From positions 21,824,001 through 21,888,000 of the forward strand of contig OZ024764.1 in NCBI GenBank assembly GCA_964016885.1: a DNA stretch of 64,000 bases, in the 5' to 3' direction. This DNA comes from Eledone cirrhosa (Eukaryota). Every line of letters begins with the position of its first letter. Position 1 is the stretch's first letter. A program made the position numbers and the translations under genes. This document shows, piece after piece, positions 45,685 through 59,759 of this stretch. The notes under the pieces were generated by a model. That model did no database searches. It saw only the letters and a list, made by a program, of their open reading frames with translations, and had not been told where the DNA came from.

Positions 45685-46899
45685 ATTATGTCTATTAATA
45701 TTGTAGATTTAAGCTCACTTTTCACATCACAAATATATATTTTCTTGTTTGTTTCATTACTGGAAATATAAAATGTTATCGTAATTATCTATATTTTACC
45801 TACCTCTAATTAATTAAAGTGAAAACTTTTGTTGTTGCTGAAAAATAAATTAACAAAACTAAATATTTAAATATTCTAAAGGTCGTTTTTATATTATGTG
45901 ATGATATAATTAATATATTTTATTACAATTGTATAAATTTACAGTAAAATAAAGTTGTAAATATGTTTTAAATATATACATAAATAACATAAGTGTGTAA
46001 ATAACATTATAAATTGCTGGCAATTCCTTGAGAAAGACATTACAAATATATTGTCTAAACTGTGTATAATAATATAATTTATTGAACAATAATGATAAAG
46101 GAAAGAAAAACACAGTGGGAGATGGCAATTCACCACCAAACGAGGTAAACATTTTCAACTTTCCCCTTTTTTTGCTTTGTCCGAGACAACTCAAAATATT
46201 CTTCAAGGAACTGGATTTTCCATTCGGTTGGATCGAACGGATTTTACCATTTATAATCTACGGAGAGGAATAACAGATGTTCGGAGGAAAAAAGAATTGT
46301 TTGTGGCAACAACGTAGGGAACCAACCTGGAGCAATTGTATCACACAATTATACTTTCCTCCTTAACATACACTTACAATTTTTCAAAATCAAACCCCCC
46401 AAATATAAAATATAAATAATTATAAATGGCGAGGAACCATCCCATCTCCCTCTTGAAATAACCTGAATCTATTTATAGTCAGGTGTGACTGAAAGGTCAA
46501 TCCATACTTCCATTCTATTTCACAGAATTAGAAGCTTTGACCACTTGATAGAATTCAGGTCCAGTAATGTAATCACTCCGCAATTGTAAACATCTTGTAT
46601 CACTATCATTCAGGTTTTGATTTTACTTAAGTCTTGCCCATGTTTTTTTTTTTTTTCTTTTTTACACAAACTCACAATTTCGGTTTTTACTGCGGATTTA
46701 CCCATGCGAACTATTACACAAACTCACAGCCTTAGACTTTGTATTTCTAGCGTTTTTATTTTCCTTCTCTTTGCATGTTCAGTGCTCTTTCTCTCCCACT
46801 GTATTTACCTGCCTCTCACATGACCACACTCCTCTCCACGCACTCATCATCTTCTCACTCCTTCTCCACCTTCCATCCCTCCCCTTGCTCAACCCTTAC

Positions 46900-47673
46900 T
46901 TCCTCCTCGCGCACAGCCCACCTAGGTATTCGTTCAACCCGCCGGTGGCCCGATGTTTCGACCGAACTATCACCGGCGATTGCCGATTGCTAAAGTTGCC
47001 ACCACTTTAACCTAGTCCACTCTAGGTGGCGGTGGCATGCGTCGAACGACCAAGAGACCTGCTTAGTGGAACGACTAATGTGACAACCGGTCAGCCTTCG
47101 ACCTCTCATTCTCCACCAACGGCAGCACGCACGAGAGGAGCTAACTTGCCCCCACCTACCCCTCCTCTCCTTCACGGCAGATTCCGAACGAATCTAACCC
47201 GGCCAACCACACCACCCCTACAACTGTTAGCTCACCACCCAACCCCCGCTTTAGTCCCACCGTTAGAACCAGTGCTGTCTCCTTTACTGACTCACTCCCT
47301 TCACCGAATTCCAACGCTGGCCCTCTACTGCCGGCTGTTGCCAGCCCGCCACCTGATTGCGCCCTCTGTGCCCGCACTAACCAGTACTTAAAGACAATTA
47401 AATGTCACCTATGCCACGCAAGCTACCACAGAAGCTGTGTCGGCATCACCAAAGCTCAAGCCGAAAGGCTTCAACACTGGACCTGTCATCGGTGCCACTT
47501 CAGCTCCGACTATTCCGTGGGGATGACCAACACTCTACCGACGACTTTGCCACAGTCCCCCCCCCCCCAGTGCTTCTCCAAATCAAAGCTCCTTAACCGG
47601 ACCCTTAAGGGAACTCGGAACAGCTTTGCAGGTGCCCTCTCTAATTTACTTAAAAACGTTTGCTCGTCCAACA
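46900..47673 (+). mobile_element. 5' part of the CRE-clade element, truncated and fused to ZNF-D
   Basis: Near-identical to 34700-35457. Confidence 0.85.
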
Positions 47674-47689
47674 TTTTTTAGTGGGAGAT

Positions 47690-48452
47690 ATGTTGAAAAA
47701 TATAGTAAATTCACCATTCCACTGTGATATCTGTGGTAAATCATTCTCTAACAATACTAAATTAACTAGACATAAACTAAGTCATGCAGAAGAGAAGCCA
47801 TATCACTGTGATATCTGTGGTAAATCATTCTCTAAAAATACTAAATTAACTAGACACAAACTAAGTCACTCAGAAGAGAAGCCATATCACTGTGATATCT
47901 GTGGTAAATCATTTTCTAAAAGTAATAAATTTACTAAACACAAACGTAGTCACACAGGAGAGAAGCCGTGTCACTATATCTTTGGTAAATCTAAAAATAG
48001 TAACTTAGCTAGAGACAAACTAAGTCCCACAGGAGAAACCATATCACAATGATATTTGTGGTAAATATTTCTCTCATGTGAGTACCTTAACAAATTACAA
48101 ACATATTCCTGCAGGAGAGACACCATATTATTGTGATGTCTGTGGTAAATCATTCTCTAAAAATACAAAATTAAAAAGACACAAACAAAGACATTCAGAA
48201 GAGAAGCTATATCACTGTGATATCTGTGATAAATCATTCTCTCGAAGTGATCAATTAACTATCCACAAACGTATTCATACAGGAGAGAAGCCATATCACT
48301 GTGATATCTGTGGTAAATCATTCTCTCATACCTTAACTCCCCACAAACGTACTCATACAGGAGAGAAGCCATATCACTGTGACATCTGTGATAAATCATT
48401 CTCTCGAAGTGGTACCCTAACCAAGCATGTGCGTATTCATACAAAAGTTTAG
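47690..48452 (+). pseudogene. C2H2 ZNF-D, ~9 fingers, frameshifted, with divergent helices
   Basis: ORFs 47660-48052 and 48078-48452; NTKLTRHKLSH fingers; ends HVRIHTKV*. Confidence 0.88.
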
Positions 48453-49094
48453 TTGTATCAATATCAAACTCATTACATCATACTACAACAACAACAACAA
48501 CAATTGTGTAGATCCATCATCCTTGCTAAAACTGGGGTTAACCTTGTAGGTTTTACCTAGGACAGGGATCATAAACACCAGGTTTCCATTTTTGAAGCAG
48601 TGTTTGAAGATTTTGTGTAAATTAAAGTTTTTCACATTAAACTTTCATTTATTATACTTTAACAGGTAAGATATATATTTGTATTTTTAGTAAAGGTTGG
48701 GAACTTCTGTAATTTAAACCTGCCAATAAAATGAAAACTTTTGTTGCTAGTCAGACATTGATATTAATTCTATTGTCCTGTACATTGTCTCAAATATCAC
48801 AGATTAAACAGATTTTAACAATAACAACAGAAATCAATAACTTGTAAGCCTAATATCTAGCTTCCATTTTAACTATTTGATATTGTTGTTCCCCTCCTGT
48901 CTCTTCAGGTCTTTTAGATTTCAACTTCTATCTACTGTACTATTCCATCACCAAGGCAACATTCATCTGGCTGGCAGCTTACACCAGCTACAGATCTCAT
49001 CAGTGGTTCACAACAGGCTGTCTGAAAGAAACTTGCAGATATCTTCTATGTCATAGCTATCAATCTTCTCCTTATCATATGTATCATGTAGAAC

Positions 49095-49580
49095 ATCTCT
49101 GAATTTATATTTAACAGGGAGATCTTTTACTGTCCCTACCCTTTTCTCTAGGTTGTCTTGTACCTCTCTCACAGTCCCTCTAGATCTTATATTTAACAGG
49201 GAAATCTTTTACTGTCTCTTCCTCTTTCTCTAGGTTGTCTTGTACCTCTCTCTCAGTCCCTCTAGATCTTATATTTAACAGAGAGATCTTTTACTATCCC
49301 TACCCTTTTCTGTAGGTTGTCTTGTATCTCTCTCACAGTCCCTCTAGGTCTTATATTTAACAGGGTGATATTTTACTATCTCTACCCTTTTCTCTAGGTT
49401 GTCTTGTACCTCTCTCACAGTCCTTCTAGATCTTTTACTGTCCCTACCCTTTTCTCTAAGTTGTCTTGTATCTCTCTCACAGTCCCTGTAGATCTTATAT
49501 TTAACAGGGAGATGTTTTACTCTCCAACCCTTCTATCTCCAGATAGTCTTGTATCTGTCAGTCCCTCTAGATCTTACACC
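49095..49580. repeat. 82-bp tandem repeat, ~6 copies
   Basis: Same unit as 4535-5045. Confidence 0.9.
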
Positions 49581-49866
49581 TAGTATCTAGTCTATGTTGA
49601 GTGGTACGTCCTTCTCCAGTAAAGGAGTTAATATTCCCAACCATCTGTCTATCCTGTTTTCTGATGAGAATGAAGTCAATCTAGTTTATCTCTTCACCTG
49701 ATTGAAGTAACTAGATCAAGTAACTAGATGGTTTCCTGTAAGTTAGTGTTGCAGTGTTTGATTCACCATGTAAGGTTTATATCTATTAATATAGAGATGC
49801 AGTAAAGTTTTCACTGTTGTATATCTACTTTCTAAATATCTTAATAATGTTTCTCTACTATTTCAG

Positions 49867-50220
49867 AATATCACATGACCTTGACAGAAAAGAGTCTTTT
49901 AAAGACAACAGAAAGATGTTACATACAAGTGATATAAACTTGTTTAGTCTGTGGTGAATTATGGTGAAATATTTCTTCTGAATTGAGATAAATAACATTT
50001 TCCTTTTTCACTGTCTGGAATATTTACAAGATGATTTTACATTCTGATTAAACTTTGGATATTTACAAAGGCGTTTTCAAAATATTTGGATATTGACAAA
50101 GATCACATTTGATAAAATTATGAACAATAGAAATATTTACATCAACATAGGAATATTTTCCAGAAGAGATGGGAAAATCATTATACCACTGTAATATTTG
50201 TGGTAAAGTATTCTCTCTTT
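49867..50220 (+). pseudogene. Relic ZNF exon, copy 4
   Basis: Near-identical to 5334-5690. Confidence 0.72.
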
Positions 50221-50559
50221 ATATGTAGAACATCTAACTAAACACTTTAACTAACAAACTATTGTGCTATAGAATTGACAAACTTGAGGAATGTTTAATA
50301 AATGTTACAGATTTCTCCAAACTGTCGTTTACTAACTTTAATTTGAAACTATATTATGTATATACTACTAAAACTCTGTGATTGTGTCTTGTCTGTAATT
50401 TAATACAGCTAAAACAGTGCATAATGGGGAAATACTTTGAAAAGAATAAAACAAGTTTTGTATAAAATGGAGCACAGGTTCCCAAGATACGGGGTTTTCT
50501 GGGTACCTTCATAAATATAGGGAGAGAAAGAGATAGTGGTTGTGAGAGTGTAGGAGCTG

Positions 50560-51692
50560 ATGGTGTTGCATGGCAGTGAGACCTGGGCATTGTGTGCAGA
50601 GGATATACGCAGACTAGAGAGGAACGAAGCTTGCATGCTCCGCTGGATGTGTAATAGTAATATACGTGAACAGCAAAGCATAAATGAACTAAGGAAAAAA
50701 TTAGAAATAAGAGGGATCAGATGTTGTTTACTCGAGAGAAGGCTACGTTGGTATGGTCACGTGATGCGCATGAAAGACGACAGCTGTATAACAAAGTGCA
50801 GGGCAATAAAGATAGATGGTAGCCACGGAGTAGGCAGACCCAGAAAAACCTGGGACGAGCTGATAAATTCCGACCTCACACACTTACACCTCTCCAAGAC
50901 AATGAGACAATGTCACTGGACTGAGAGCTTTGGCGGTACTCAGTAACAGAGAAGACCCGCCTTACCTAAATACAAAGTAAAACCTACTACAGTCAGTAGG
51001 CATCACTAACAAAATACACCCCCGCCCCATCCACACCGCCCCTTTCAATGTAAAGTTATGTTGGTGCCACAACATCCAGGCCGAAACAAATGAGGTCGTG
51101 TAGGTGTCACGACAAAAAACACACAGTCCACGCTGTAATGTGGCCGTGAAGGCAACACGGTAAAAACCTCCCAGTCCCACACTGTAAATGTGGTTGGTGT
51201 TAGGAAGGGCATCCAGCCATAGAAAACCCGCCAGACAGTCTTATGCGAGCAAGACAACCACTCTTGCCTCAAGTGGGAAAACTCCCGTCCAAACCCATGC
51301 AGGCTTGGAACATGGACATTAAACGATGATGATGATGATATATATATATATATACGTATGTGCATATATACGTATCTATATATATATACGTATGAAATAT
51401 ATAGACAATATGCCCCCACACCTCCCACTGCAAGGTGGTCGTGGAGGTGCCACGGCAAAAAAGCACCGAGCCCACACTGTAAAGTGGACATGTAGGCGCC
51501 ACGAAAAAGTACCCAGCACTCACTGTAAATGAGGTTGGTGTTAGGAAGGGCATCCAGCTGTAAAAATCAAACCAAATCAGTTCCTGTATGAGCAAGGCAT
51601 GGTCAGCCGACCAGGCGCTGCCCACAACGGGACAACCCGTCTAACCCATGCTAGCGTGGAAGAACGGACGTATAACGGTGATGATGATGATG
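50560..51692 (+). mobile_element. Two RTE 3' ends in tandem, nested in a Helitron family 1 copy (50357-51803)
   Basis: LHGSETW..WYGHVMR with a tail at ~51335; second 3'UTR like 26400-26700. Confidence 0.88.
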
Positions 51693-52209
51693 ATATATAT
51701 ATATATACGTATGAGTATATTTTAACTATTTAAAAATTATTTTAAATGACTTTTAAAAAATAGTGATAAAGGAACGTGACCCAACAGGTCGCGGGTGGTC
51801 TAGTTTGTTACTAAATACTAGATATTAGAGGGTCATGTTGTTCTAGATGTGCTGGAAGAGCCATTCCATCTCGTGAGGCTCACACCAGCAGCTAGCCACC
51901 TCAGCACCTATGGTGGTATATTTATTATATTATTTATTCTTTATCATTAACATTAATATAAAAGATAATTATATATTTTTAGAGAAGAACCTCTAATTTC
52001 ATATAGCTTAGGGCTTCAGTAGGTAAAAGTCTGCCCCTGCTTGTCTTGTATTTTTTAGGGGAGAAGTTAGGGAATACTGTTATTGTGTGAAAGTTTTCTA
52101 AATCTTCTTCAGCCACTAACATGGAGAAGATATTTCAGTAAGAAGGTTCACATCCTGACATCTATAGCTGTTAACAATGAGATTGGAATTCATTATTAAA
52201 CAAATGTTA

Positions 52210-52970
52210 TATCATCATCACTGTTTTACATCAGTTTTTCAAACCCTGGCATGGGTTAGACGAGTTATCCTGTTGTAAGCAATGCCAGGTCAGGTGACCA
52301 CGTGTTGCTCCTACAGAACAAATTTTGGTTTGGTTTCTACAGCTGGATGACCTTCCTAGCACCAAGCTTATTTACATTAAGTACTGGGTGCTTTTTGACA
52401 TGACACCTACATGACCACTTTACAGTGTGGACTGGGTACTTTTTGTTGTGACACCTACATGACCACTTTACAGTGTGCGTTGGGTGCTTTTTGTTGTGAC
52501 ACCTACATGACCACTTTACAGTTTGGACTGGGTGCTTTTTGTCGTGACACCTACATGACCACTTTATAGTGTGGACTGGGTACTTTTTGTTGTGACACCA
52601 ACATGACCATTTTAAAGTTTTGGCTGGGTACTTTTTGTTGTCACCTACATGACCACTTTACAGTGTGGACTGGGTGCTTTTTGTCATGACACCTACGTAC
52701 CCGCTTTACAGTGTGGGCTGGTTTCTTTTTGTCATATCACCTACATGACCAGCTTATAGTGTTGGCTGTGTGTTCTTTACAGTGTAGGCTGGTTTCTTTT
52801 TGTCATATCACCTTAGAGTGTTGGCTGTGTGTTCTTTGCAGTGTGGGTTGGGTGCTTTTTGTCATATCACCTACATGACCACCTTATAATGTTGACTGTG
52901 TGTTCTCTACAGTGTGGGTTGGGTGCTTTTTGTCATATCGCCTACCCAACCTCTTTGCAGTGTGGGCAGT
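52210..52970 (-). repeat. RTE-tail element with 48-bp minisatellite
   Basis: As 6595-7078. Confidence 0.88.
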
Positions 52971-53799
52971 GAAATATCAGTAATGCACCAGCTCCAATAT
53001 TCAGTAATCAGAAGAAGGGAGGTAGGCATAAAAGCCAAACTTGCTGTCTTCAATTAGGTTTTTGTGCCAACCCTTACCTATGGTCACATATCTTGGGTAA
53101 TGACCAAAAGAATATGATTGGGAATACAAATGGCAGATATGGGATTCCTCTGAAGGGTCTTTGAAGGAACTTTTCTCAATAAAGTGCATAGCTCTGAGAT
53201 CAGAGAGTCACTCCAGGTGGAGCTGTTACTTCTCCGAATTGAGAGATCACAGCTGCAATACTATGGCCATGTGGTTAGAATGTCTGAGGAAAGAATCACT
53301 GGATAGATTTTACAGGCAAAACTAACTGACAGGAGACCCAGGGGTAGACTTGAGCAAGATGGTCACATAACATCCATGAGCTTGGCTGGTCTCTCTGGGA
53401 GATCCAGCCAGATAAGTTGGAGTGGGTTGCTTCTGACAGGACCTGTTGAAGGGAGTGTTTGAGGACTCTGCCCCCAAGACCCTTTATGGAATAAGTGGGT
53501 TAATAAGAAGAGGTTGAGGTTACATCATCAACATCAGATTTCCCTGCTAGCAAGGGTTTAATGAGTCTACTTCAACCAAGTAAGTACTGAAGTGAGGCTA
53601 CTGATCTCTAGACAGACCAAGGATCTGAGACTTATTTACATAAGGTCTCATTTGCTATTGAGTGCGCAGAAAAGGTTGTCATGATTGAAGGGTTCTCCGA
53701 CACTATCGTCGGGCAAGCTTTCTATGGCTAGATGTCCTTCATATGACCAACCACATTACAGCCTGTGTTGGGTGTGTTTATCATGTAGGTGAGGCATAA

Positions 53800-55728
53800 C
53801 AAACTGAGGGTTGCCCAAGGTCCACATAGGTCACGTGTTGTCTGAGGGTTGCACACTACAACTAATTATGTACATTACAACTAATTAAGGTCATTTAATA
53901 AAATATATTGCAGAAAGATTTGTTACTTAAATTTAGAAACATACAATGTACATACAAATGTTTTAGCAGCATTCATGAATACAAAGTAATGAAGTAGTTT
54001 GACAAAAAACTAAAATTTAACATGTCAACATATACTTGCAGATTGTAACAGCAACAAATACATTGTACACAAATAACAACAGTTGAAAACTGAACATTTA
54101 TTTGCTACTATTCAACCATTTTTAGTCTTTTGTCCTGAGGCTTGACACTTCTTTTTGTTGACAATTTTTGGTATGTCTGGCTGAAATGTTTGTACAGTTC
54201 CAACTTTGATCAGATGACAAGTGTTGATCAGTCAGCCTTGTTCTCTGAGAAGTTTTTGTTAACTTCATGAAGGAAAATAACTGTCCACTCACATAGGTAG
54301 AACCAAACATTGCCATAATCTTTGTGACAAACTTTCTGATGTTAATAAACTTTTCAGGAAGGTATGGAAAGAAACCAGGTATCCCCACTACAAGATACTT
54401 TGTTCTGAGTGTAGAATCTGACTGCATTTCCAATAGTTCCATCTGCAGGCATTCTTCTGCCTTCATCAAAGGTGAATGGTGCTGAGAATAATGTAAACTG
54501 ATGTTCAAAAAATGAGAAATCACAAAATCTTTCTTGAAATTTCTTTAACAACAATTCCAGCTGACTGTCATACTTAGCTAAGCTAAATACAGACTCAGTA
54601 TTGGCAGTGTTTTTCAGTTCTTTGCACATAGGGAAATGAACTAAATTTTCATCTGACAACGGAGATTTCCATAAGCTTAGTTTTCTAATGAAGCACTTGA
54701 TGTCATCATTCAACTGATTGATGGGTTTGTTTTTACCTTGTAATTTCAAATTAAGATCAGTTAATTGTGCAGTAATATCCACAGCAAAAATCAGGTGTTG
54801 GAGCCAACTTTCATCTTTTATTTCATCTGTGTTTTAACCTTTTATCTCCAAAAACACAATTATTTCTTGTCTCAACAAATAGAATCTTTTCAGCACTTTG
54901 TGACATGTCAACCAGCAGACTTCTGTGTAGAATGGAACATCAGTAAACTGATTATCCATATCTTCTAATAGAAACATGTTCAAACCTTGATGATACAGCC
55001 TTTAACTGTTGTTTCAGATCACCTGACATTTCATTAATCTGTTCAGCAACAGTGTTCCTGGTTAATGAAATGTCTTTGAATAACTCTGCTTTCTCTGGAC
55101 AATTTCAGCTGTTTTTACAAGACATTGCTTTACAAAATCTCCTTCACTGTAAGATTTCCCACTCATGGCAATCATTTGACTGAGTTCATAGCTTGCAGTA
55201 ACGGAAGTGACATTCTCTTCCTGAATTAACATAAAACAGGTCTATTGCTGTGTCAAGTTAGACTTCAATTTCTTGAGTCTTGAAACTCACATTGGGCCTT
55301 AATATTTATCGTAAGATCGGGGGTTTGTTTCATGATGTCTTTTTGAATTGTACTCTTTTGGCCTGGCGATGTAGTTGTTGCAAATTAAACAGTATATCTT
55401 TCTGTTCACCATTGGGCAAAAATACTGTAATTCCCACTTTTCTTGAAACACTTGCCCTTCTTCGTTCAATTTCCTTTTTCTCTTAGCTGGAGGAGCACTA
55501 ACCATTTCAAAAACGAAATCTTTTGAAATTTTGAAAGAAAGTTTTCTGTTAATGAGCTGCACGTGATTAATGGAAGTTAAAAGTAGTTGACAAAATTTGC
55601 AAAAAAAAAATAATTGTATCGAAAATGTTTTAAATTTTATATTACGAAAATGAAATATGCTCGCACTGTAAAAACCTAAGTGTGGGCCGCAGGTTTGCTT
55701 GCCAAGGTCCGCATGTTTGACATGTCTG
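53800..55728 (-). mobile_element. Defective hAT transposon, copy 3 (internal deletion at ~54965)
   Basis: MFGSTYVSGQLFS, QEKWELQYF; same terminus as copies 1 and 2. Confidence 0.92.
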
Positions 55729-57332
55729 ATGTAGGTTACCAACACTAGGGAGGGCAGCATGTCCTTCAGTGTGTTCTGCTACATTAACTACCAGGAGGTC
55801 ACCACATGAGACAAAGACTACATTTCAAAGAAGGGTCATAAAAGAACTAAATACGAAAGTACCCACAGCAACAAGCAAATAATTGAGCTTTGGGTCTAGG
55901 TCAAGGGGCAGAAGTGCTGCGCCCTGTGGATAAGACTGCAAAAGTATTCGCCCCGGGCGATGGACAGTGACACCCACTGCAACAGCCACCCCAACCTCAT
56001 GGGACTCCCTCTTCAGAAGGGCCACCAACGTTCTGATCTTACAGAGGAGCTTGGCAGTACGGGGTCCAAGTACTTCTGAGGTCTCGTTGGTGACCGGTGT
56101 GAAGAGACCTACAATTGATGTCATCCCAGTTATGTTGGACTGTAATATACTGGGGTATAGAGAGGCCTTAACTTGTCTCAGCCGGGCCACCCAGGGTTGT
56201 GTCATCTAGGTACTAGACAGGGGTGACTAGACCATGTTGTCAACTGTCACCACCAATAGGAGTGAGGCGAGTGGGTCCCCTTGCGAGACACCATATATAA
56301 AAACGTATTTGCTAATTACTTTAATGAATAATTTGTTTCATACGTAATTATTACTTTTAACACAATAGGATTTTGTACACGTGTTTGTTTGAAAACATCT
56401 TTCAAAGAAGTATGAGACAGTCTTTTGTAGTGTTTATTATAATAAATTACTGTATGTTGAGCTGTTTTAACTTCTCCACCTTCTATTATTTTATATTGTT
56501 TTTGTAAAAAAACGAGATCTTTTTCATATATATATATGAAGGCGTGTGGCTGAGTGGTTAGAGAATTGGATTCGGAATTGTGAGGTTGTGAGTTCGATTC
56601 TCAGACTGGGCGATGCGTTATGTCCGTGAGCAAGACATTTTATTTCACGTTGCTCCTTCTACCTGGAGTTGCCACCGATAGATAGTATTAGCAATTGGAA
56701 AGACCAATGGAAACATTGTTTCCTCGGTCCGATTTGACGAAAAGTAGATCATAAAAAATATATATAGAGAGAGAGAGAGAAACACAAACATACACTACTG
56801 TATTACATATGTAAGGGGAGATAACTCTCGTTACACCCCCCCCCTTCTTTTTGATATACGTCCTTTAAATACTTAGTTCAATGGAACCTGCTTTATTTTG
56901 TGTCCTAAGTAGATTTCTGTTTAAGTATTTACGCGATTCACAATGATTCACATAGAGACCCCAGTTAGTGATGTTTTTCTCTCCCTCCCACATCCTACAT
57001 GCTGTAGTAAAAGTGAGGGTCACTGCTTCTGTAGACGAACGAAATAAAAGTTAAACTACCAGTAATTATCGGCAAAGTATTTATTCCAGTCTGTGATGTT
57101 TGAGAAGCTGGGCTGCTGACCACGAAGTTGTGGTCACTGTTGGCAGCTGGCTTTACAGAAGTACCCGATGACTCTTGTGAGGGTACTTAGCTGTTCTGGC
57201 AACTTAGCCTCCATATGACCCGATCTTACCGAGATACCCGGTGATCTCTGTAAGAGTACTTAGCTGTCCTATTTTAATTACATTTACTGATTTAAACTTT
57301 CATTTTTTATATTACAAACTTTACATAATTTA

Positions 57333-57814
57333 AGCTGAACACCGATGGCTACATCCACGTTCTGAGCGAGGTAGTAAAGCCCTGGATCGACCAGGTAGCT
57401 GCAGGTAGGCTGTACGTGTGGCAGCAAGACCCAAGCCTTGCTGTCAGAGAACTTCGTCGACCACACTTCACCTGACATCTGGCCTCCCAGCTCGCCTGAC
57501 TGCAACCCCCTCGACTTCTTTGTGTGGGGCGCAGTGGAACGAGACACCAACAGATGTAGCTGCAATACGAAAGACGATCTGAAGGCCAGCATCACAAGTG
57601 CCTTTAGGGGCCTAAGTCGGGGGACAGTGGCAAAGGCCTGTAGCTGGTTCCGAGGCCGTCATCAAAGCCAATGGCTGGTTTATGGAGTGAGATCGAAAGA
57701 ACAAGTCATGAAGACAAACTGACAGAAGTTTGATAAATATATCTTAAAAAATAAAACTACTGTCTTATTTTTTCCTAGACAGTAATCTTGCGAACAAATA
57801 TCGTCCGCACCCTG
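57333..57814 (+). mobile_element. Tc1/mariner-superfamily transposon 3' fragment (maT-like)
   Basis: WPPSSPDCNPLDFFVWG; terminus ...CGTCCGCACCCTG-TA. Confidence 0.85.
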
Positions 57815-57914
57815 TATATATGTGTGTGTGTCTGTGGCCTTAATACCCTAGTCACAGACACACTCATACACACACACACACACACACACACAAGTAATAA
57901 TTTCGTTCAACAAC

Positions 57915-59047
57915 ATGAGGGCGTGGGGGCATATTGTCTATATGCTTCAGCTTGTACCCGTGGGGTGGTCGGGTCTTCTGTATTACTGCATGACGCCAGA
58001 GGTCACGGTCGTGTGTCATCGCCTTTGAGAGGTGTAATTGGGTAAGGTCGGCTTTTATCACCTCATCCCAGGTCTTCTTGGGTCTCCCCACTCCACGGCT
58101 TCCATCGACTTCTAGTGCTCTGCACCTTTTTATGCAGCTGTCATCCTTCATACGCATCACATGTCCATACCAACGCAACCGCCTCTCCTGCACACAGCAT
58201 TTGATTCCTCTTATGCTCAGTCTCTCTCTCAATTCGTTTATGCTTTGCCGTTCACGTATATTACTATTACACATCCAACAGAGCATGCAGGCTTCGTTTC
58301 TTTCTAATCTACGTAAGTCTTCCACCTTCAGCGCCCAGGTCTCACTACCATGTAACATTGCTGTTTGTATGCACGCATCATACAGTCATGAACTTTTTCC
58401 ATCCCATTCTTACCCTAGTTATTGTACTTTCCGAACACCCACCTCCGCTCCTAATTCGGTCACCTGGGTAGCAAGAGCTGTCTACTGTTTCTACAGAGCC
58501 CTCTCAGAGATTGGTGGTACTTATTTCCTGTGGCTGTTTGCTGCTTGCTGTCCCAGCACAACTGCTACATGTGAAGCATGCTACATTCTTAATTAAGCTT
58601 CCTGAGATCCCGCTACATCTCTTGTGTACCCATTGTTTGTATTTGGGGCAGAGGATGGAGTTCCTACCTACACCTTTCCCACATACTAAGCAAGGCCATT
58701 TCCCTGAGGGGATCTGGGTTCTGCTTTCTCGTCTACTTACAAGGACCTTAGTCTTTGTCAGGTTGACTTTGAGACCCTTTCTTTCTAGTCGCTGCTTCCA
58801 AGTTTGGAATTTCTTCTCTAGTTACACCATAGAGTCAGCTATAAGTGTGAGGTCATCAGCATACAGGAGTTCCCATGGGCATCCGGTCTTAAACTCCTCC
58901 GTTATTGCCTGCAGAACTATGATGAACAGGAGAGGGCTAAGAACAGAGCCCTGGTGGACACTGACCCGTATGCTAAATTCCTCTCTCTAGTCATTGCTAA
59001 TGCTAACTCTGCTGACTGCTCCCCTATACATGGCTGGTACAGCTTTC
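57915..59047 (-). mobile_element. RTE LINE 3' portion
   Basis: HQGSVLSP, LYADD, LHGSETW, WYGHVMR. Confidence 0.9.
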
Positions 59048-59759
59048 ACATTTCGGGGTCAACTTCCTTTCAAACTATTATCCCATTATGCCCAGTTTTA
59101 GCTGTATTACATTAGAGACACAATCACAGAGTTTTAGGTTTATAATGTTATAGTATCATGATAGGGTAATACAGTTATTTATAGACCTGTGGTAAATGTT
59201 GGTTCAGTACACCCTGGGGGATGTTAGTGTTGGTTCAGTCCACTCTGGGGGGTGTTAGTGTTGGTTCAGTCCACCCTGGGGGGTGTAAGTGTTGGTTCAG
59301 TCTACCCTGAGGGGTGTCAGTGTTGGTCAATGATAACCTTTATAACTTGAGACCTGTTGGTGAGGACAAGCTGGAAGTGGTGACATCTTTCTGCTACCTG
59401 TGTGACATGTCAGCTGGAAGTGGAGCCAAGTTCACTGCCATCGTGCTGTGCCACTCCACAGGTAACAAGTTTAGGCAGCTTCTCCTAATCCTCAAGACAT
59501 GCTGGCTACCATTAGTCACCATGGGGCAGATTTATAACACCTGTGGGAGAAGTGTGTTGTTTCATGCCAGCGAGACCTGGGCCATGTTATCTGACTGTCT
59601 GAATTGACTCTGAAGAAATGACAGAGCTATGATCCACTGGATGTCTAGTGTGACCATTGAGGATGATGTCAGCTCAACTGAGCTCCTAAAAAAACTGCTG
59701 ATCGACAACCTCAAGGATGTGTTTCACAGGAGACACATGCACTGGTATGGCCATGTTGT

